Counted from the first letter of the stretch, positions 1-11,077 are shown. The stretch: 64,000 bases of DNA from Chloroflexota bacterium (GCA_965261345.1 OZ253449.1:2048001-2112000); one strand, 5' to 3'. Program-made: numbers and translations. Notes: a model not told the origin generated them from the sequence alone.

Positions 1-2
1 GC

Positions 3-1148
3 TACACGGCCGGTACACGGACGATGGGTGGAACCAGGGTGCTGGAAGACTTCGTGCCCGAGTTCGACTCCACTGTGGTTGCCCGTTTCCGCGCCGCCGG
101 CGCTGTGCTGTTGGGCAAACTGAACCTAACCGAAGGCGCGATGGCTGGCTACAACCGAGCGCGTCAGGTGCCGGTAAATCCCTGGGCGGCCGACCGTTGG
201 ACGGGCTCCTCGTCGAGCGGCTCGGGCGTCGCGACGACCGCCGGGCTCTGTTACGCGTCCCTTGGTAGTGACACCGGTGGCTCGATTCGATCACCGTCGG
301 CCTCCTGTGGAATCGTTGGCCTCAAACCGACCTGGGGTCGCGTGAGCCGCTACGGCGTGCTAGATCTTGCGCAATCACTCGACCACGTTGGTCCGATGGC
401 GCGTTCGACCTGGGACTGTGCTGCCGTGCTGGCGGTCATCTCCGGTGAGGATCCCAATGATGCCACCACGCTGCCCGAACCTGCGCCGGCCATGCTCGAC
501 GCCATCGACGACGGCGTTGCCGGAATGCGGATCGGCTACGACTACCGTTACGCAACCGAGGACGTGGCCCCGTTGATCGCAAATGCCATCGCCGCGTCGG
601 TCGAGACGCTTGCCGCGCTGGGGGCGGAGATCGTCGATGTGGAACTGCCTGACGCTCGTCCGTACATGGCGGCCTGGCCAACGCTCTGTTCGGTGGAGGC
701 ATTGGCTGCACACTCCGGCAACTATCCCAGCCGCGCGAGCGAATACGGCGCGTGGTTTGGCGGCTGGCTCGGACTGGGCGCGTCAATTAGCGCCGTCGCG
801 TACGCGGAGGCCTGCAATCAGCGTGCCGAGTTGACCGGCCGGCTGACCCGCGCGTTTGCGGGTATCGATATGCTCGCCTGTCCAGCCCAGCCGGCACCGC
901 CGCACCGGATAAGCGAGGAAAAGTTGTATGACGAAATGCCCGGCAGCTATGACGCGACCAAAGCCCAGTTCACAGTCCCCTGGGACATGAATCGGGCGCC
1001 TACATTGACGCTTCCGAACGGTTGGAGCGATGAAGGTTTGCCGTTGGCCTTACAGCTCGTCGGCCAGCCGGGTAGCGAAGCGGCACTCTGCCGCGCTGGC
1101 TATGCCTATGAGCAGGCCACGGACTTCATGCGCCATCCCGATCTGTAA
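3..1148 (+). CDS. Amidase signature (GatA-like) protein, 5'-truncated by window edge
   Basis: GSSSGS and GSDTGGSIR motifs; frame open to window start. Confidence 0.9.
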   Translation, partial: YTAGTRTMGGTRVLEDFVPEFDSTVVARFRAAGAVLLGKLNLTEGAMAGYNRARQVPVNPWAADRWTGSSSSGSGVATTAGLCYASLGSDTGGSIRSPSASCGIVGLKPTWGRVSRYGVLDLAQSLDHVGPMARSTWDCAAVLAVISGEDPNDATTLPEPAPAMLDAIDDGVAGMRIGYDYRYATEDVAPLIANAIAASVETLAALGAEIVDVELPDARPYMAAWPTLCSVEALAAHSGNYPSRASEYGAWFGGWLGLGASISAVAYAEACNQRAELTGRLTRAFAGIDMLACPAQPAPPHRISEEKLYDEMPGSYDATKAQFTVPWDMNRAPTLTLPNGWSDEGLPLALQLVGQPGSEAALCRAGYAYEQATDFMRHPDL

Positions 1149-1154
1149 TGTCGC

Positions 1155-1179
1155 CGCCCGGCTCGATTCGGGCCGGGCG
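1155..1179 (+). terminator. GC-rich hairpin after amidase
   Basis: cgcccggctc...gggccgggcg stem just after TAA; no U-tract. Confidence 0.35.
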
Positions 1180-1351
1180 TTCACCTGCTCAGGTGACCAT
1201 GCCGGCGCGACTTTCGAGCGCCGGCCGATATCTGCCGGCCAGGCAGAGGACGCTAGCCGTTAGGTTCACGAATATGCCCTTCCACCTTCCCTTCAACAAC
1301 GGTGACCCGCGGCGATACTAGCCTCAGATGAAAACGGATGGAGAGATCGAC

Positions 1352-1852
1352 ATGAAACCACTAGAGCAAATGGCAACCAGGATTGCCGAACTACTAAAAG
1401 CGCGCGGGGATACGGTCGCGATCTGCGAGACGACCTCCGGCGGACTGGTCTCGGCAGGGCTGCTTGCGGTGCCGGGTGCATCGAGTTACTACCGGGGGGC
1501 CGCCGTCACCTACACCGGAGTGGCCCGCGTGAGGTTCCTGGGGATCGAATTAGAGGACTATCCCGGCGTCCGCTCAAGCAGCGAGCCGTACGCGCGAATC
1601 ATCGCCGAAGCAGTCCGCAAACAACTGGCCGCGACCTGGGGCATCGGCGAGACGGGAGCGGCCGGTCCGGCCGGAAATCCCTATGGGGATGCACCGGGAC
1701 ACACGTGCATCGCCATCGCCGGCCCGGTCGATTACTGCGAAACACTGGAGACCGGCCTCAACGATCGCGAAGAGAACATGTGGCTCTATGCGAAGCGCAC
1801 GCTGGCGACCTTTGAACGGGTTCTGCGCGGAGCACCACCTTCTGGAGGCTAG
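1352..1852 (+). CDS. CinA C-terminal domain / PncC-like protein
   Basis: ETTSGGLV, GASSYY, GETGAAGP motifs; GGAG RBS before ATG 1352. Confidence 0.85.
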   Translation: MKPLEQMATRIAELLKARGDTVAICETTSGGLVSAGLLAVPGASSYYRGAAVTYTGVARVRFLGIELEDYPGVRSSSEPYARIIAEAVRKQLAATWGIGETGAAGPAGNPYGDAPGHTCIAIAGPVDYCETLETGLNDREENMWLYAKRTLATFERVLRGAPPSGG

Positions 1853-2766
1853 CGCGAGCCGGGCACGAGGCCGCGCACGGTCGTCTCGATGCTGTAGAGG
1901 CCGGTGCGGGCCGTCATGTAAAGGGTCGAGAAGTCATCACCGCCGAAGGTGATGTTGGCGGCGTGCTCGTCCATTTCAAAGACGCCGAGGTAATCGCCCC
2001 CCGCCGTGTGAGCCGAGACTCCGCCGCCGCCGGTGGTCCAGAGACGACCGTCGGCATCAACCTTCATGCCGTCCGGCCTGCCGAATCGCTCGTCCTTTGA
2101 CTGATCAACGAACAGGATGCGGTCTCCCAGCGATAGGTCGTCATTTACTTGGTAACGCCAGATAAACCTCTCCCGCGAATCGCCGATGTAAAGCGCCGAC
2201 TCGTCGGGGCTAAATGCGAGTCCGTTGGGGCGGGTAAAGCCCGTCCCAACAATCAGACTGAGCGAACCGTTAGGATCGATCCGAAAGACGCCCTCGAAAT
2301 CTAGCTCCTGCTGCTGCCCCCTGGAGCCGAGTCGCGGAGTCTTACCGTCGTCGATCCCGGCCGCGGGGTCGGTGAAGAAGACCGCGCCCGACGAGTGAAC
2401 CACGAGGTCATTGGGGCTGTTTAGTGCAAGACCATCCCAGCGATCGGCGATCGCTTCGACTTTCCCTGGCTCAGCGTACGGGGCCCTCGACACGCGGCGG
2501 CCGGCGTGTTCGCAGGCGAGCAGGTTCCCGGCGGCATCGAGCGTAAGCCCATTTGAACAGCCGCTCGGCTCGCGGTAAACCTCCGCCTCGACTTGTCCGG
2601 GACGCCAGCGATGCTGTCGGTTCCCGGGAATGTCGCTAAAAATCAGGGCGTTGTCGGCGGCGATCCAGATCGGCCCTTCGGTAAAACCGAATCCGCCGCA
2701 AAGCCGGGTCTCCTCGCCGATCAATAGGGAGGAAATGCCCGCGTCATCTTCAATTCTCAAAGTCAT
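1849..2766 (-). CDS. SMP-30/gluconolactonase family protein
   Basis: FTEGPIW, LNSPND, PNGLAFSPD, PDGMKVD motifs. Confidence 0.92.
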   Translation of the reverse strand: MTLRIEDDAGISSLLIGEETRLCGGFGFTEGPIWIAADNALIFSDIPGNRQHRWRPGQVEAEVYREPSGCSNGLTLDAAGNLLACEHAGRRVSRAPYAEPGKVEAIADRWDGLALNSPNDLVVHSSGAVFFTDPAAGIDDGKTPRLGSRGQQQELDFEGVFRIDPNGSLSLIVGTGFTRPNGLAFSPDESALYIGDSRERFIWRYQVNDDLSLGDRILFVDQSKDERFGRPDGMKVDADGRLWTTGGGGVSAHTAGGDYLGVFEMDEHAANITFGGDDFSTLYMTARTGLYSIETTVRGLVPGSR

Positions 2767-3010
2767 GCTCCGTCGCCGAAAGAACCTAGCGCATTGCCAG
2801 CAGAGGTCGTGTGATCATGTTCCGGTAATTTTCGGGGTGGGGCCCCATTCGATTCGCACGCCCCTTCCCGATTACATTTGTCCTCGCCCGATTGAATCGA
2901 ATGCTTCCAATGCCAGGCCACAGAAGGATCCGCTCAAAGTTGCGCCTATCCGCGTCCAAGCTACAGTAGCCCTGCGACTGTTGACGGACATTAGTTTTCG
3001 CACACAGGTG

Positions 3011-4217
3011 TGTCGATCCTCAGCGACTATGTCAGTGAACGGGTTCGCGTAATTCTTGCCGGATGACGTCACCGGCATGCTTGTTGATGGCGCCTTTGCG
3101 GCGGGTTCGGTTCCGCGGCGGCGCGGTCGCCTTGACGTACTTGCGTACCCTATGCCGCAATATCCCGGGCGCTAATGCGATGTCCGTAATGTTCAAGCCC
3201 TTGGCCTTGGCCGCCTGCACCGCTTTCCAACCCTCCACCTGGCGGGTGGTAGGCGGGCGCCGTCGAGCCCGACCGGCGGCGATGCGCCGCCTTGACCGTT
3301 TCTTTACCGACATCACCTCGGGCAGCTGCGCGACCTTTGCAAGCTGGCGTTCCAGCTGATCCGGAGCCGCATCAGCCCCGGTTTGGGCGGGACAAGCTGT
3401 GACGGTATGATCCCGCCCCGGCCGGCCACCTGCCAGTCGTATCTGACGGTGTTGTCGCGGGCGACCCGGCGAGAGTGTCTAAAGCAGTGCACTTGATCGA
3501 CGTCAAGATCGGGATCGAGCGAGCGGTAAGCGGTCCGCGATTGCGCGGGTGCTACTGCAAACTGCCGGTTAAAGCGCTCTAAGAACCGGGTAAACAGGTA
3601 ATTGGCGCCGGCCAGGGTGCTCACCCCGACCAATCTCAATTTAAGTGACCAGGCGGTCCTGGAGGGTCCCGGCTGCTCTTTCGACTCCTCCCTTGTCCTG
3701 GGCAGAGCCGGCAAATACCTGGCCTATCCCACGTTCCCGCATTGCGCGGGCGAACTGGGTTGCCCCTTCGGCCTGCTTTGGCTGCCCCGACGAGATAGCG
3801 GGTACGAACACGCTGTGGCGGTCGCTGTAGAGCGCCAGGGGGAGGCCGTAACTGCTGATCAGACCGCAGAGCAGCTCAAAGTACCCGCAGGTGTCTTCAT
3901 CGGGTCCAAAATGTGCCGCTACCACCTTGCCGGTGGCGTTATCTACCGCCAGGTGCACGGCGAACTGGGGATGCTCACCCCTCAGCCAGCGACGGTGGCT
4001 GCCGTCGATCTGGACCGGCATCCCTTCCCTGGGCATGCGCTCGCGTCGTACCCGGTATCGGGGGCGACGGCGCGGGCTCCTTATTCCGGCGGCGTTGAGG
4101 ATGCGCCTTAGGGTCTGGCGGCTCAGATCGATGCCCTCGCGTTCCCGGAGCAGTTCGGCCAGGTGGGTGTGGTTTGGCGTCCGGGTAGCGGTCGCGGGCC
4201 AGTTCGATTAGCCCGGC
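3011..4217 (-). mobile_element. Degraded IS1202-like (ISNCY) element; transposase frameshifted and 5'-truncated
   Basis: Fragments LAELLREREGI, VQIDGSH..W, VDNATG, LYSDRHSVF, KGGVER..TLQDRL, DNTVRY across frames; TGT-starting end at 3011; other end missing. Confidence 0.8.
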
Positions 4218-4231
4218 GCCGGGCTAATCGA
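4204..4231. repeat. 28-bp perfect palindrome at IS truncation point
   Basis: tcgattagcccggc|gccgggctaatcga, no loop. Confidence 0.9.
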
Positions 4232-4378
4232 GGATTTCGACCGCGTCGAAAAAGACCAAAGGTTGCGCGGGCGCCATCAATAAAGATAAAGAATCGGTCC
4301 GCCGCAACTGGCCCGTCAGGGTGGCACGTCTGTGCTTAAGGCAATATCGACCCGGACCCGCTTGCCGGACCACTGCCA

Positions 4379-5878
4379 GTGCCCGACTCCCGACCCAACA
4401 TCGTCCTGATCATCACCGACCAGCAGCGCTTCGACACCATCGCCGCGCTGGGCTCTCCCTGGATGGACGCCCCCAACCTTGACCGGCTGGCCAACGAAGG
4501 GGTTGTATTATCCAATGTCCACGTCAACGCCCCGGTCTGCGGACCGGCCCGCGCCTCGCTGTTCTCCGGGATGAATCCGCACAACACCGGGGTGCTGCGC
4601 AATGATTCGATCTGGAGCGAATGCTGGGTCCAGGACCTGGCCGATAGCGGTTATCACTGCGTCAACATCGGCAAGATGCACACTGGTCCCTACACCGCGC
4701 CGCTGGGATTCCACGAACGCTACGTGGTCGAGAACAAGGATCGTTTCGGGGGTCCGCTCAAGTTCTTCGACGAGCTGGACAAGGCCATCATGGCCCACAA
4801 CCTGGAAAAACCCAACCGCTACACCTACCGCCGCGACAATCCCGACTGGCAGGAGCGGCTGGGGGCCTACCCGTGGCCGCTGCCGGACCACCTGCATCCC
4901 GATGAGTTCGTCGGCGATTCGGTGGTGCGCTGGCTCGATAACAGCGCCGCCATGCAGCCGCTGCCGCAGCCGCTGTTTCTCGAGATCGGATTCCCTGGCC
5001 CGCACCCGCCGTTTGATCCCCTGCCAGCGGTGGCCGAAAAGTACATGCAGCGCGAGTTCCCAATACTCGAGGTCACCGAGCAGGAAATGCAGGCCCAGCC
5101 CGAGGGACTAAAGCGGATGCGCGAGTTCTTCGAATCCCACGACATCGACGCCGTAGTCCACGATTCGCGCGCCAGCCACGAACGGCGCCACCGCCAGCGA
5201 GCCTACTACCTGGCAAACTGCGAGATGATCGACCGCAAGGTCGGGCAGATCCTGGATGCGCTGGAGAACCATGAACTGCTGTCGGATTCGATCGTGATCT
5301 TCACCTCCGACCACGGTGAGAGCCTGGGGGATCACGGGATGTACGCAAAGTGGAACATGTACGACTGCGTCACCCGCGTTCCGACGCTGGTCTGGGCGCC
5401 CGGGCGCTTTGCCGGAGGGCGCACGATCGACGATCTCTACAGCTGGTTCGATCTGGGCCCGACGGTCCTGGAACTGGCCGGCCTTGAACCGCCCGACCAC
5501 TTCGAAGCCATCAGCATGCTTTCGCAGCTTGATGGCCAAGAAGGCGCGACCGGGCGCACGGAGGTCTTTTCCGAGGTCGCCCGCGACAGCGTAATGAACG
5601 CGATCGAATACCAGATGATGCTGCGCACCCGTAACTACAAGTGCGTCGAGTACCTGGGCGAGGAGCGGGGACTGCTGTTTGATTTGAGGAACGACCCCGA
5701 GGAGCTGGTCAATCTCTGGGACGACCCCGATCAAGCCGAGCGGCGCGAACAGATGCTGGCGCGCATTCATGGCTGGTTCATCAGTTCGGTGGCGGGCTCC
5801 GCGCGCCGCAACGTCCAATGGAGCATCGGCGACTTTCGGCGCCTCCGCCTCGGCGAAAACGACTCCGACCCGGAATGA
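4379..5878 (+). CDS. Cys-type sulfatase family hydrolase
   Basis: [26 protein letters not shown]. Confidence 0.92.
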   Translation: MPDSRPNIVLIITDQQRFDTIAALGSPWMDAPNLDRLANEGVVLSNVHVNAPVCGPARASLFSGMNPHNTGVLRNDSIWSECWVQDLADSGYHCVNIGKMHTGPYTAPLGFHERYVVENKDRFGGPLKFFDELDKAIMAHNLEKPNRYTYRRDNPDWQERLGAYPWPLPDHLHPDEFVGDSVVRWLDNSAAMQPLPQPLFLEIGFPGPHPPFDPLPAVAEKYMQREFPILEVTEQEMQAQPEGLKRMREFFESHDIDAVVHDSRASHERRHRQRAYYLANCEMIDRKVGQILDALENHELLSDSIVIFTSDHGESLGDHGMYAKWNMYDCVTRVPTLVWAPGRFAGGRTIDDLYSWFDLGPTVLELAGLEPPDHFEAISMLSQLDGQEGATGRTEVFSEVARDSVMNAIEYQMMLRTRNYKCVEYLGEERGLLFDLRNDPEELVNLWDDPDQAERREQMLARIHGWFISSVAGSARRNVQWSIGDFRRLRLGENDSDPE

Positions 5879-6963
5879 GCAACACCTTCGGCGGCGCCTT
5901 CCGGATAACCACCCGGCGCGAATCGCATGGTGAGGCCATCGGGGCGGTAATCGACGGATGCCCGGCGCGGCTGGAGCTGAGCGTCGAAGACATCCGGCCG
6001 GACCTGGACCGGCGCCGCCCGGGCCAGGGCCGCATAACCACCCAGCGCCGCGAGGACGATCGGGCCGAGACTTTATCCGGCGTGTTCGAAGGCCGCACCT
6101 TGGGTACCCTGATCTCGATCGTGGTCTGAAACCGTGCCGCGCGCGGCACGGACTGCGAGTACATGCGGCGGATCTACCGTCCCTCGCACGCCGACTACAT
6201 CTACCAGGCCAAGTACGGCATCCGCAACTGGCGCGGCGGCGGCCGGGCGTCGGCGCGCGAGACGATCGGGCGGGTTGCGGCCGGAGCGAGGGCGCGCAAG
6301 CTCCTGTTGACGCGCTACGGGATCGAGGTCGTCGCCTACGTAAAGTAGGTGGCTGAGATCGATTCGCCGGTTGATCGCGACAGCGTCAGCCGCGAGGTGA
6401 TCGACGCCGGCGCGACCCGGGTCCCTGATCTGGACGCAGCCGACCGGATCTATCAGCGCACCGACCGCGCCCGCAAGGACGGCGATTCGCTCGGCGGGAT
6501 GGTCGAATATGTCTGCCGCGGGGTGCCGCCGGGGCCGGGCGAGCCGGTGTTTGCAAAACTCGACGGCGAGCTGGCCCGGGCGAGACTCTCGCTGCCGGCC
6601 GCCAAGAGTTTTGAAATCGGCTCGGGGTTTGCGGGCACCCGCCTCTCGGGGATAACCCACAACGACGAGTTCTACGTGCAGGGCGACCGTGTCAGGACCC
6701 GCAGCAACCGCTCCGGCGGGATCCAAGGCGGGATGTCCAACGGCGAGGACAACGTCGGGCGGGTGGCGTTCAAATCGACCGCCACGATCCTCAAGCCCCA
6801 GCGGACGGTGGACGAGGACGGCAATGATGTCGAATTCGGCAGGCGCGGGCGCCACGACCCCTGCGTCCTGCCGCGCGCGGTTCCGATCGTGGAGGCGATG
6901 TGCACCCTGCTGCTGGCCGACCAGGCGCTAAGGCGGTTCGCCCAGAATCGATTCCTGGGCTGA
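5875..6963 (+). pseudogene. aroC: Chorismate synthase pseudogene (in-frame stops at 6127 and 6346)
   Basis: [32 protein letters not shown] in one frame; TGA 6127-6129 and TAG 6346-6348. Confidence 0.9.
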
Positions 6964-7457
6964 TGAGCGTTGCGCCGGCGGCGCTGGCCTACGCTTCGCG
7001 CAAAGCGGTCTCGCCGCTGGTGCTCTTCCGCCTCAACATCTACTGGTTGGGGCTCTCGCTGCTTTGGGGTGGGTTCGCGATTGTCTACCTGCCCGACCGG
7101 GTGGAGGCGCTGGTTGGACCCGAAATCAAGGGGAACATACTGGGGCTGATCACCGTCGTCGGGGTCTCGAGCGCGGTCCTGGTGCAGCCCCCTGGCCGGG
7201 GGGAATCTTCGACCGCGCCTGGTCGCGCTGGGGGCGGCGCCGGCCGATGCTCCTGGGCGGCGCGCTGCTGACAACCGTGTTCGTGCTGCTGATGTCGCCG
7301 ACGGCGACCTACCAGGCGCCGCTGGCTTTGATTCTCTGCCAGCAGGTCTCGGAGAACTTCTCGCGCGCGGCCATCAAGGGCGTGCTGCCCGACCTGGTGG
7401 GAACCAACCAGATGGCGCGCGGCATCCTCGATTAATGGGATTCTCAGCATCGGTGGC
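6963..7457 (+). pseudogene. MFS transporter, 5' part (frameshifted, interrupted)
   Basis: TM segments and D..WSRWGRRRP motif; frameshifts near 7190 and 7420; continues at 10254. Confidence 0.8.
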
Positions 7458-7556
7458 CCCGATGACGGTGCCACCGCGGGTGGACCGCCGGCCAGCCGGC
7501 CGGCGCTCTCGGTGGAAACTCCGGCCGGCAGCGGCAGCAATCCGACGACCGCCGCC
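7452..7556. repeat. Left 105-bp inverted repeat
   Basis: Reverse complement of 10173-10277 with 3 mismatches. Confidence 0.95.
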
Positions 7557-7606
7557 CCACCGCAATATGCCTGGGCTCGCCCCAATCCACAACTGCCGGC
7601 TGGGCC

Positions 7607-8683
7607 CTATTCGGACTCCTCCGATGAGGAGGCCAGGCCGGCGGTGCCAAACCGCTGCGGATTGCGGTTCCAGGGGTTCCAGTTGCCAATAGCGGGAGCT
7701 CTTATCTCATCGGCGACGTTGCGCAGGTAGGCTTCGTCCGAGATCGCTGTCACCTCGGCGTAGAGCTCCGGGCTCAGCTTCCACTCCGCCGCGCGTGCGG
7801 CGTCGTTGACCTCGCCCGGGGTGCGGAAACCAACCAAGGCGGTGGTTACGACCTCGTGCGAGAGCACCCAGGCCATTGCCAGATCCGGCAGGGTGTGACC
7901 CTCGCGCTCGGCGATCGCGCGCATCCGGTGCTGGGTCGCAACGTTGAGCGCAAAGTGCTTGTCGCGGTCAAAGAACGGCATCCCGAAGGCGTGGCCCGTG
8001 GCCCGCCAGTCCCCGGATTCGAACTCGTAGGCGTCGGTCATGGCGCCCGAAAGCAGGCCGTGCGCTAGCGAGCCGTAGCTCATGATCCCAACCCCGTTCT
8101 GCTCGCACCAGGGCATCACGCCACGCTCGATGCGGCGTTCCAGCATCGAGTAGCCCATCTGGTTGGCAACGATGTCCAGATGTTTCTTGCATTCCTTCAG
8201 CATCTCGGGCATGAAGTTCGAGACCCCGGCATAGCGGATCTTGCCGGCCTTCTGCAGTTCTTCCAGAGCCCGCATCGTCTCCTCGAAGGGCGTATCCACA
8301 TCAGGCCAGTGGACCAGCAGCAGGTCGATGTAATCGGTCTGCAGGTTCCGAAGGCTTTGTTCGCTGGATTTGAGGACACCGGCGCGAGTGCCGTTGCGCT
8401 CAACTCGTTTCACCTCGTCGTTCCAGGCGATCCCGCACTTGGTGACGATCACCACCTGGTCACGAATCGGCTTTAACGCCGCCCCCATGACCCGCTCGGA
8501 GTGCCCCACACCGTAGGCGGCGGCGTTATCAAAGCAGGTCACGCCCAGCGCATGAGCGCGCCGCACCGCGTCCTGGCCCTCGCTGTCGTCGACCTCGCCG
8601 TGATTTGTGCCGCCCATCGGCCAGCCGCCAAAGCCGACCGCCGAGACCTCAAGGTCCGAATCTCCGAATTTGCGGTATTCCAT
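7607..8683 (-). CDS. Aldo/keto reductase, tandem copy A
   Basis: GFGGW, FDNAAAYG, TKCG, DYIDLLLVHWPD, GVSNF; start matched to copy B. Confidence 0.93.
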   Translation of the reverse strand: MEYRKFGDSDLEVSAVGFGGWPMGGTNHGEVDDSEGQDAVRRAHALGVTCFDNAAAYGVGHSERVMGAALKPIRDQVVIVTKCGIAWNDEVKRVERNGTRAGVLKSSEQSLRNLQTDYIDLLLVHWPDVDTPFEETMRALEELQKAGKIRYAGVSNFMPEMLKECKKHLDIVANQMGYSMLERRIERGVMPWCEQNGVGIMSYGSLAHGLLSGAMTDAYEFESGDWRATGHAFGMPFFDRDKHFALNVATQHRMRAIAEREGHTLPDLAMAWVLSHEVVTTALVGFRTPGEVNDAARAAEWKLSPELYAEVTAISDEAYLRNVADEIRAPAIGNWNPWNRNPQRFGTAGLASSSEESE

Positions 8684-8922
8684 GGTTATCCGTTCGATTC
8701 CTTGGACCGGCACCAATCGGGCGCTGGCGCTGCGTTCATGCCGCCCGTTTTCAACAATTCCGAGTCACGCTCGAAGCCGCCATCGCTGGGCCGCCAACCT
8801 CCGTGACCCTCCGGCCATGGCATCTGCACCGGAACTGCCACTGCGACCGCAAAGGTCGGGTCGGGGCCAAAGCCATCGGCTGGGCCGCCGGCGATGGGCT
8901 CCTCGCGCAATGTCGCGCCGAC

Positions 8923-9963
8923 CTACGCAAACTTCTCCGGGTTGGGGTTCCAGGCGTTCCGGGTGCCGATCGCCGGAGCCATCAGCTCATCGGCGACGAG
9001 GCGCTGAAAGGCCTCGTCCGAGATCGCGGTTACCTCGGCATAGAGCTCCGGACTCAGCTTCCATTCGGCCGCGCGCGCGGCGTCGTCGACCTCGCCCGGG
9101 GTGCGGAAACCAACCAGGGCGGTGGTGACGACCTCGTGCGAGAGCACCCAGGCCATTGCCAGATCCGGCAGGGTGTGACCCTCGCGCTCGGCGATCGCGC
9201 GCAGCCGGTTCTGGGTCGCAACGTTGAGCGCAAAGTGCTTCTCGCGGTCAAAAGTTGGCAAGCCGAACGCGTGTCCGGCGGCGCGCCAGTCCCTGGGATG
9301 GAACTCGTGTTCGGAGGTCATGGCGCCCGAGAGCAGGCCATGTGCCAGCGAACCATAGCTCATGATGCCGATCTTGTTTTCCTCGCACCATGCCTTAACG
9401 TCGCGCTCAATGCGGCGCTCCAGCATCGAGTAGCCCATCTGATTGGCCACGATTCCAAGGTGCTTGCGGCACTCATCCAGCATCTCGGGCATGAAGTTGG
9501 AGACCCCGGCATAGCGGATCTTGCCGGCTTTTTGCAACTCCTCCAGAGCCCGCATCGTCTCCTCGAAGGGCGTATCCACATCGGGCCAGTGGATCAGCAG
9601 CAGGTCGATGTAATCGGTCTGCAGGTTCTTCAAGCTGCGCTCGCAGGATTCGAGCACGTGCTGCCGGGTGCCGTTGCGCTCCATCCGTTTTTCTTCGTCG
9701 TTCCAGGCGATCCCGCACTTGGTCACGACCACCACCTCGTCGCGGATGGGCTTGAGCGCCGCCCCCATGACCCGCTCGGAGTGCCCCAGCCCGTAGCCGG
9801 CGGCGTTGTCAAAGCAGGTCACGCCCAGCTCATGAGCGTGCCGCACTGCGTCCTGGCCCTCGCTGTCGTCGACCTCGCCGTAGTTTGTGCCGCCCATCGG
9901 CCAGCCGCCGAAGCCGACAACCGAAACCGCGAGATCCGAATCTCCGAATTTGCGGTATTCCAT
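8923..9963 (-). CDS. Aldo/keto reductase, tandem copy B
   Basis: Same motifs; closely similar to copy A including ~80 bp upstream. Confidence 0.93.
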   Translation of the reverse strand: MEYRKFGDSDLAVSVVGFGGWPMGGTNYGEVDDSEGQDAVRHAHELGVTCFDNAAGYGLGHSERVMGAALKPIRDEVVVVTKCGIAWNDEEKRMERNGTRQHVLESCERSLKNLQTDYIDLLLIHWPDVDTPFEETMRALEELQKAGKIRYAGVSNFMPEMLDECRKHLGIVANQMGYSMLERRIERDVKAWCEENKIGIMSYGSLAHGLLSGAMTSEHEFHPRDWRAAGHAFGLPTFDREKHFALNVATQNRLRAIAEREGHTLPDLAMAWVLSHEVVTTALVGFRTPGEVDDAARAAEWKLSPELYAEVTAISDEAFQRLVADELMAPAIGTRNAWNPNPEKFA

Positions 9964-10172
9964 GGTTATCCGTTCAATTCCTTAGGACCGGCACCTATCG
10001 GGCGCCGGCGCTGCGTTGATGTCGCCCATTTTCGACAAATCCGGGCCCGTATCATCCCATCGCAAACTTCCCCGCAGCGCCGCCGCCGCCATGATCGCGC
10101 TGATGCCGCGGATGCTGCTGCTGGGAGCCTCCAGAGTGCGGCTGGCGGCGCTCTTATACATTTCCTTTATCT

Positions 10173-10277
10173 GGCGGCGGTCGCCGGATTGCTACCGCTG
10201 CCGGCCGGAGTTTCCACCGAGAGCGCCGGCCGACTGGCCGGCGGTCCACCCGCGGTGGCACCGTCATCGGGGCCACC
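10173..10277. repeat. Right 105-bp inverted repeat
   Basis: Pairs with 7452-7556. Confidence 0.95.
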
Positions 10278-11074
10278 ATCGCCGGCATGATGCTCGATGC
10301 CGGCAACCCGGGCGGATTCGTGTTCGAGGGCGCGGCAACTCTGGCGTTCTCGGCCGGACTGGCGTTCATCTTCATCCCGGCCGGGCCGACCAGCCCGTCG
10401 GAACCGCAGCCGTCGCCGCGCACTGAGTTCGGCGAGGGCGTCGACCGGTTGCGCTCGCACCCGGCGTTCATTCGGGTGGTGCTCTCGCGGCTTGTTTTCT
10501 TCGGCGCGGTCCTGGCCGCCGACAACATCCTGCTGTTTAATCTGCGCGACCGCCTGGAGGTTGAGAACCCCGGCCGGTGGTCCTCGATCCTGCTCGGCCT
10601 GCTGCTGGCGACGCCTGCCCGGCGGGCATGATCGGCGACCGCTTCGGCCGCAAGGCGGTGATCTACGCCGCCTGTGGCTGTGGCTGCGCCGGTTCCATCG
10701 GGGCCGCCTTCATCGTCAGTCTGGGCGGTCTGGCCTTCGGGGTCGTGATGCTGGGTTTTGCCCTGGGGGCGTTCACCGCCGGCGATTGGGCGCTGCTGAT
10801 CGACAAGATCCCCAACCCCAACAGCGCCGGCCCCTATCTGGCCCTGGCCAATTTCGCCGGCGCCGGCGGCGGCGCCGGCGGAACGCTGTGGGCCGGGGTA
10901 GCGTTGGACCTGGGCAATAAGGCCAGCGAGCAGATGGGTTTTACGATCGTCTATATGGTCATGGCCGTGCTCATGGTTGCGGCCGGCCTGATCCTGCAGC
11001 CGCTCCAGGACGACGTGGCGCTGCTCAAATCCGGTCTGATAAGCGAAAACGGCCCGGCGTCGCCGGGCGGGTAG
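10254..11074 (+). pseudogene. MFS transporter, 3' part (frameshift near 10620)
   Basis: GGTVIGATIAGMMLD..., GMIGDRFGRK motif, further TM helices. Confidence 0.8.
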
Positions 11075-11077
11075 ATC

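Noticed and set aside
6127-6348. Stop-codon recoding (TGA=Trp, TAG=Gln) in aroC
   Set aside because: TGA and TAG end many intact genes here; each stop is one transition from TGG or CAG, and other conserved residues are also damaged.
8775-8890. Short direct repeat gccatcg(g)ctgggccgcc, two copies
   Set aside because: Only two imperfect copies at the duplication junction; not a CRISPR array.
8605-10290. 561-aa plus-strand ORF
   Set aside because: Antisense shadow of the AKR genes in GC-rich DNA; no motifs.
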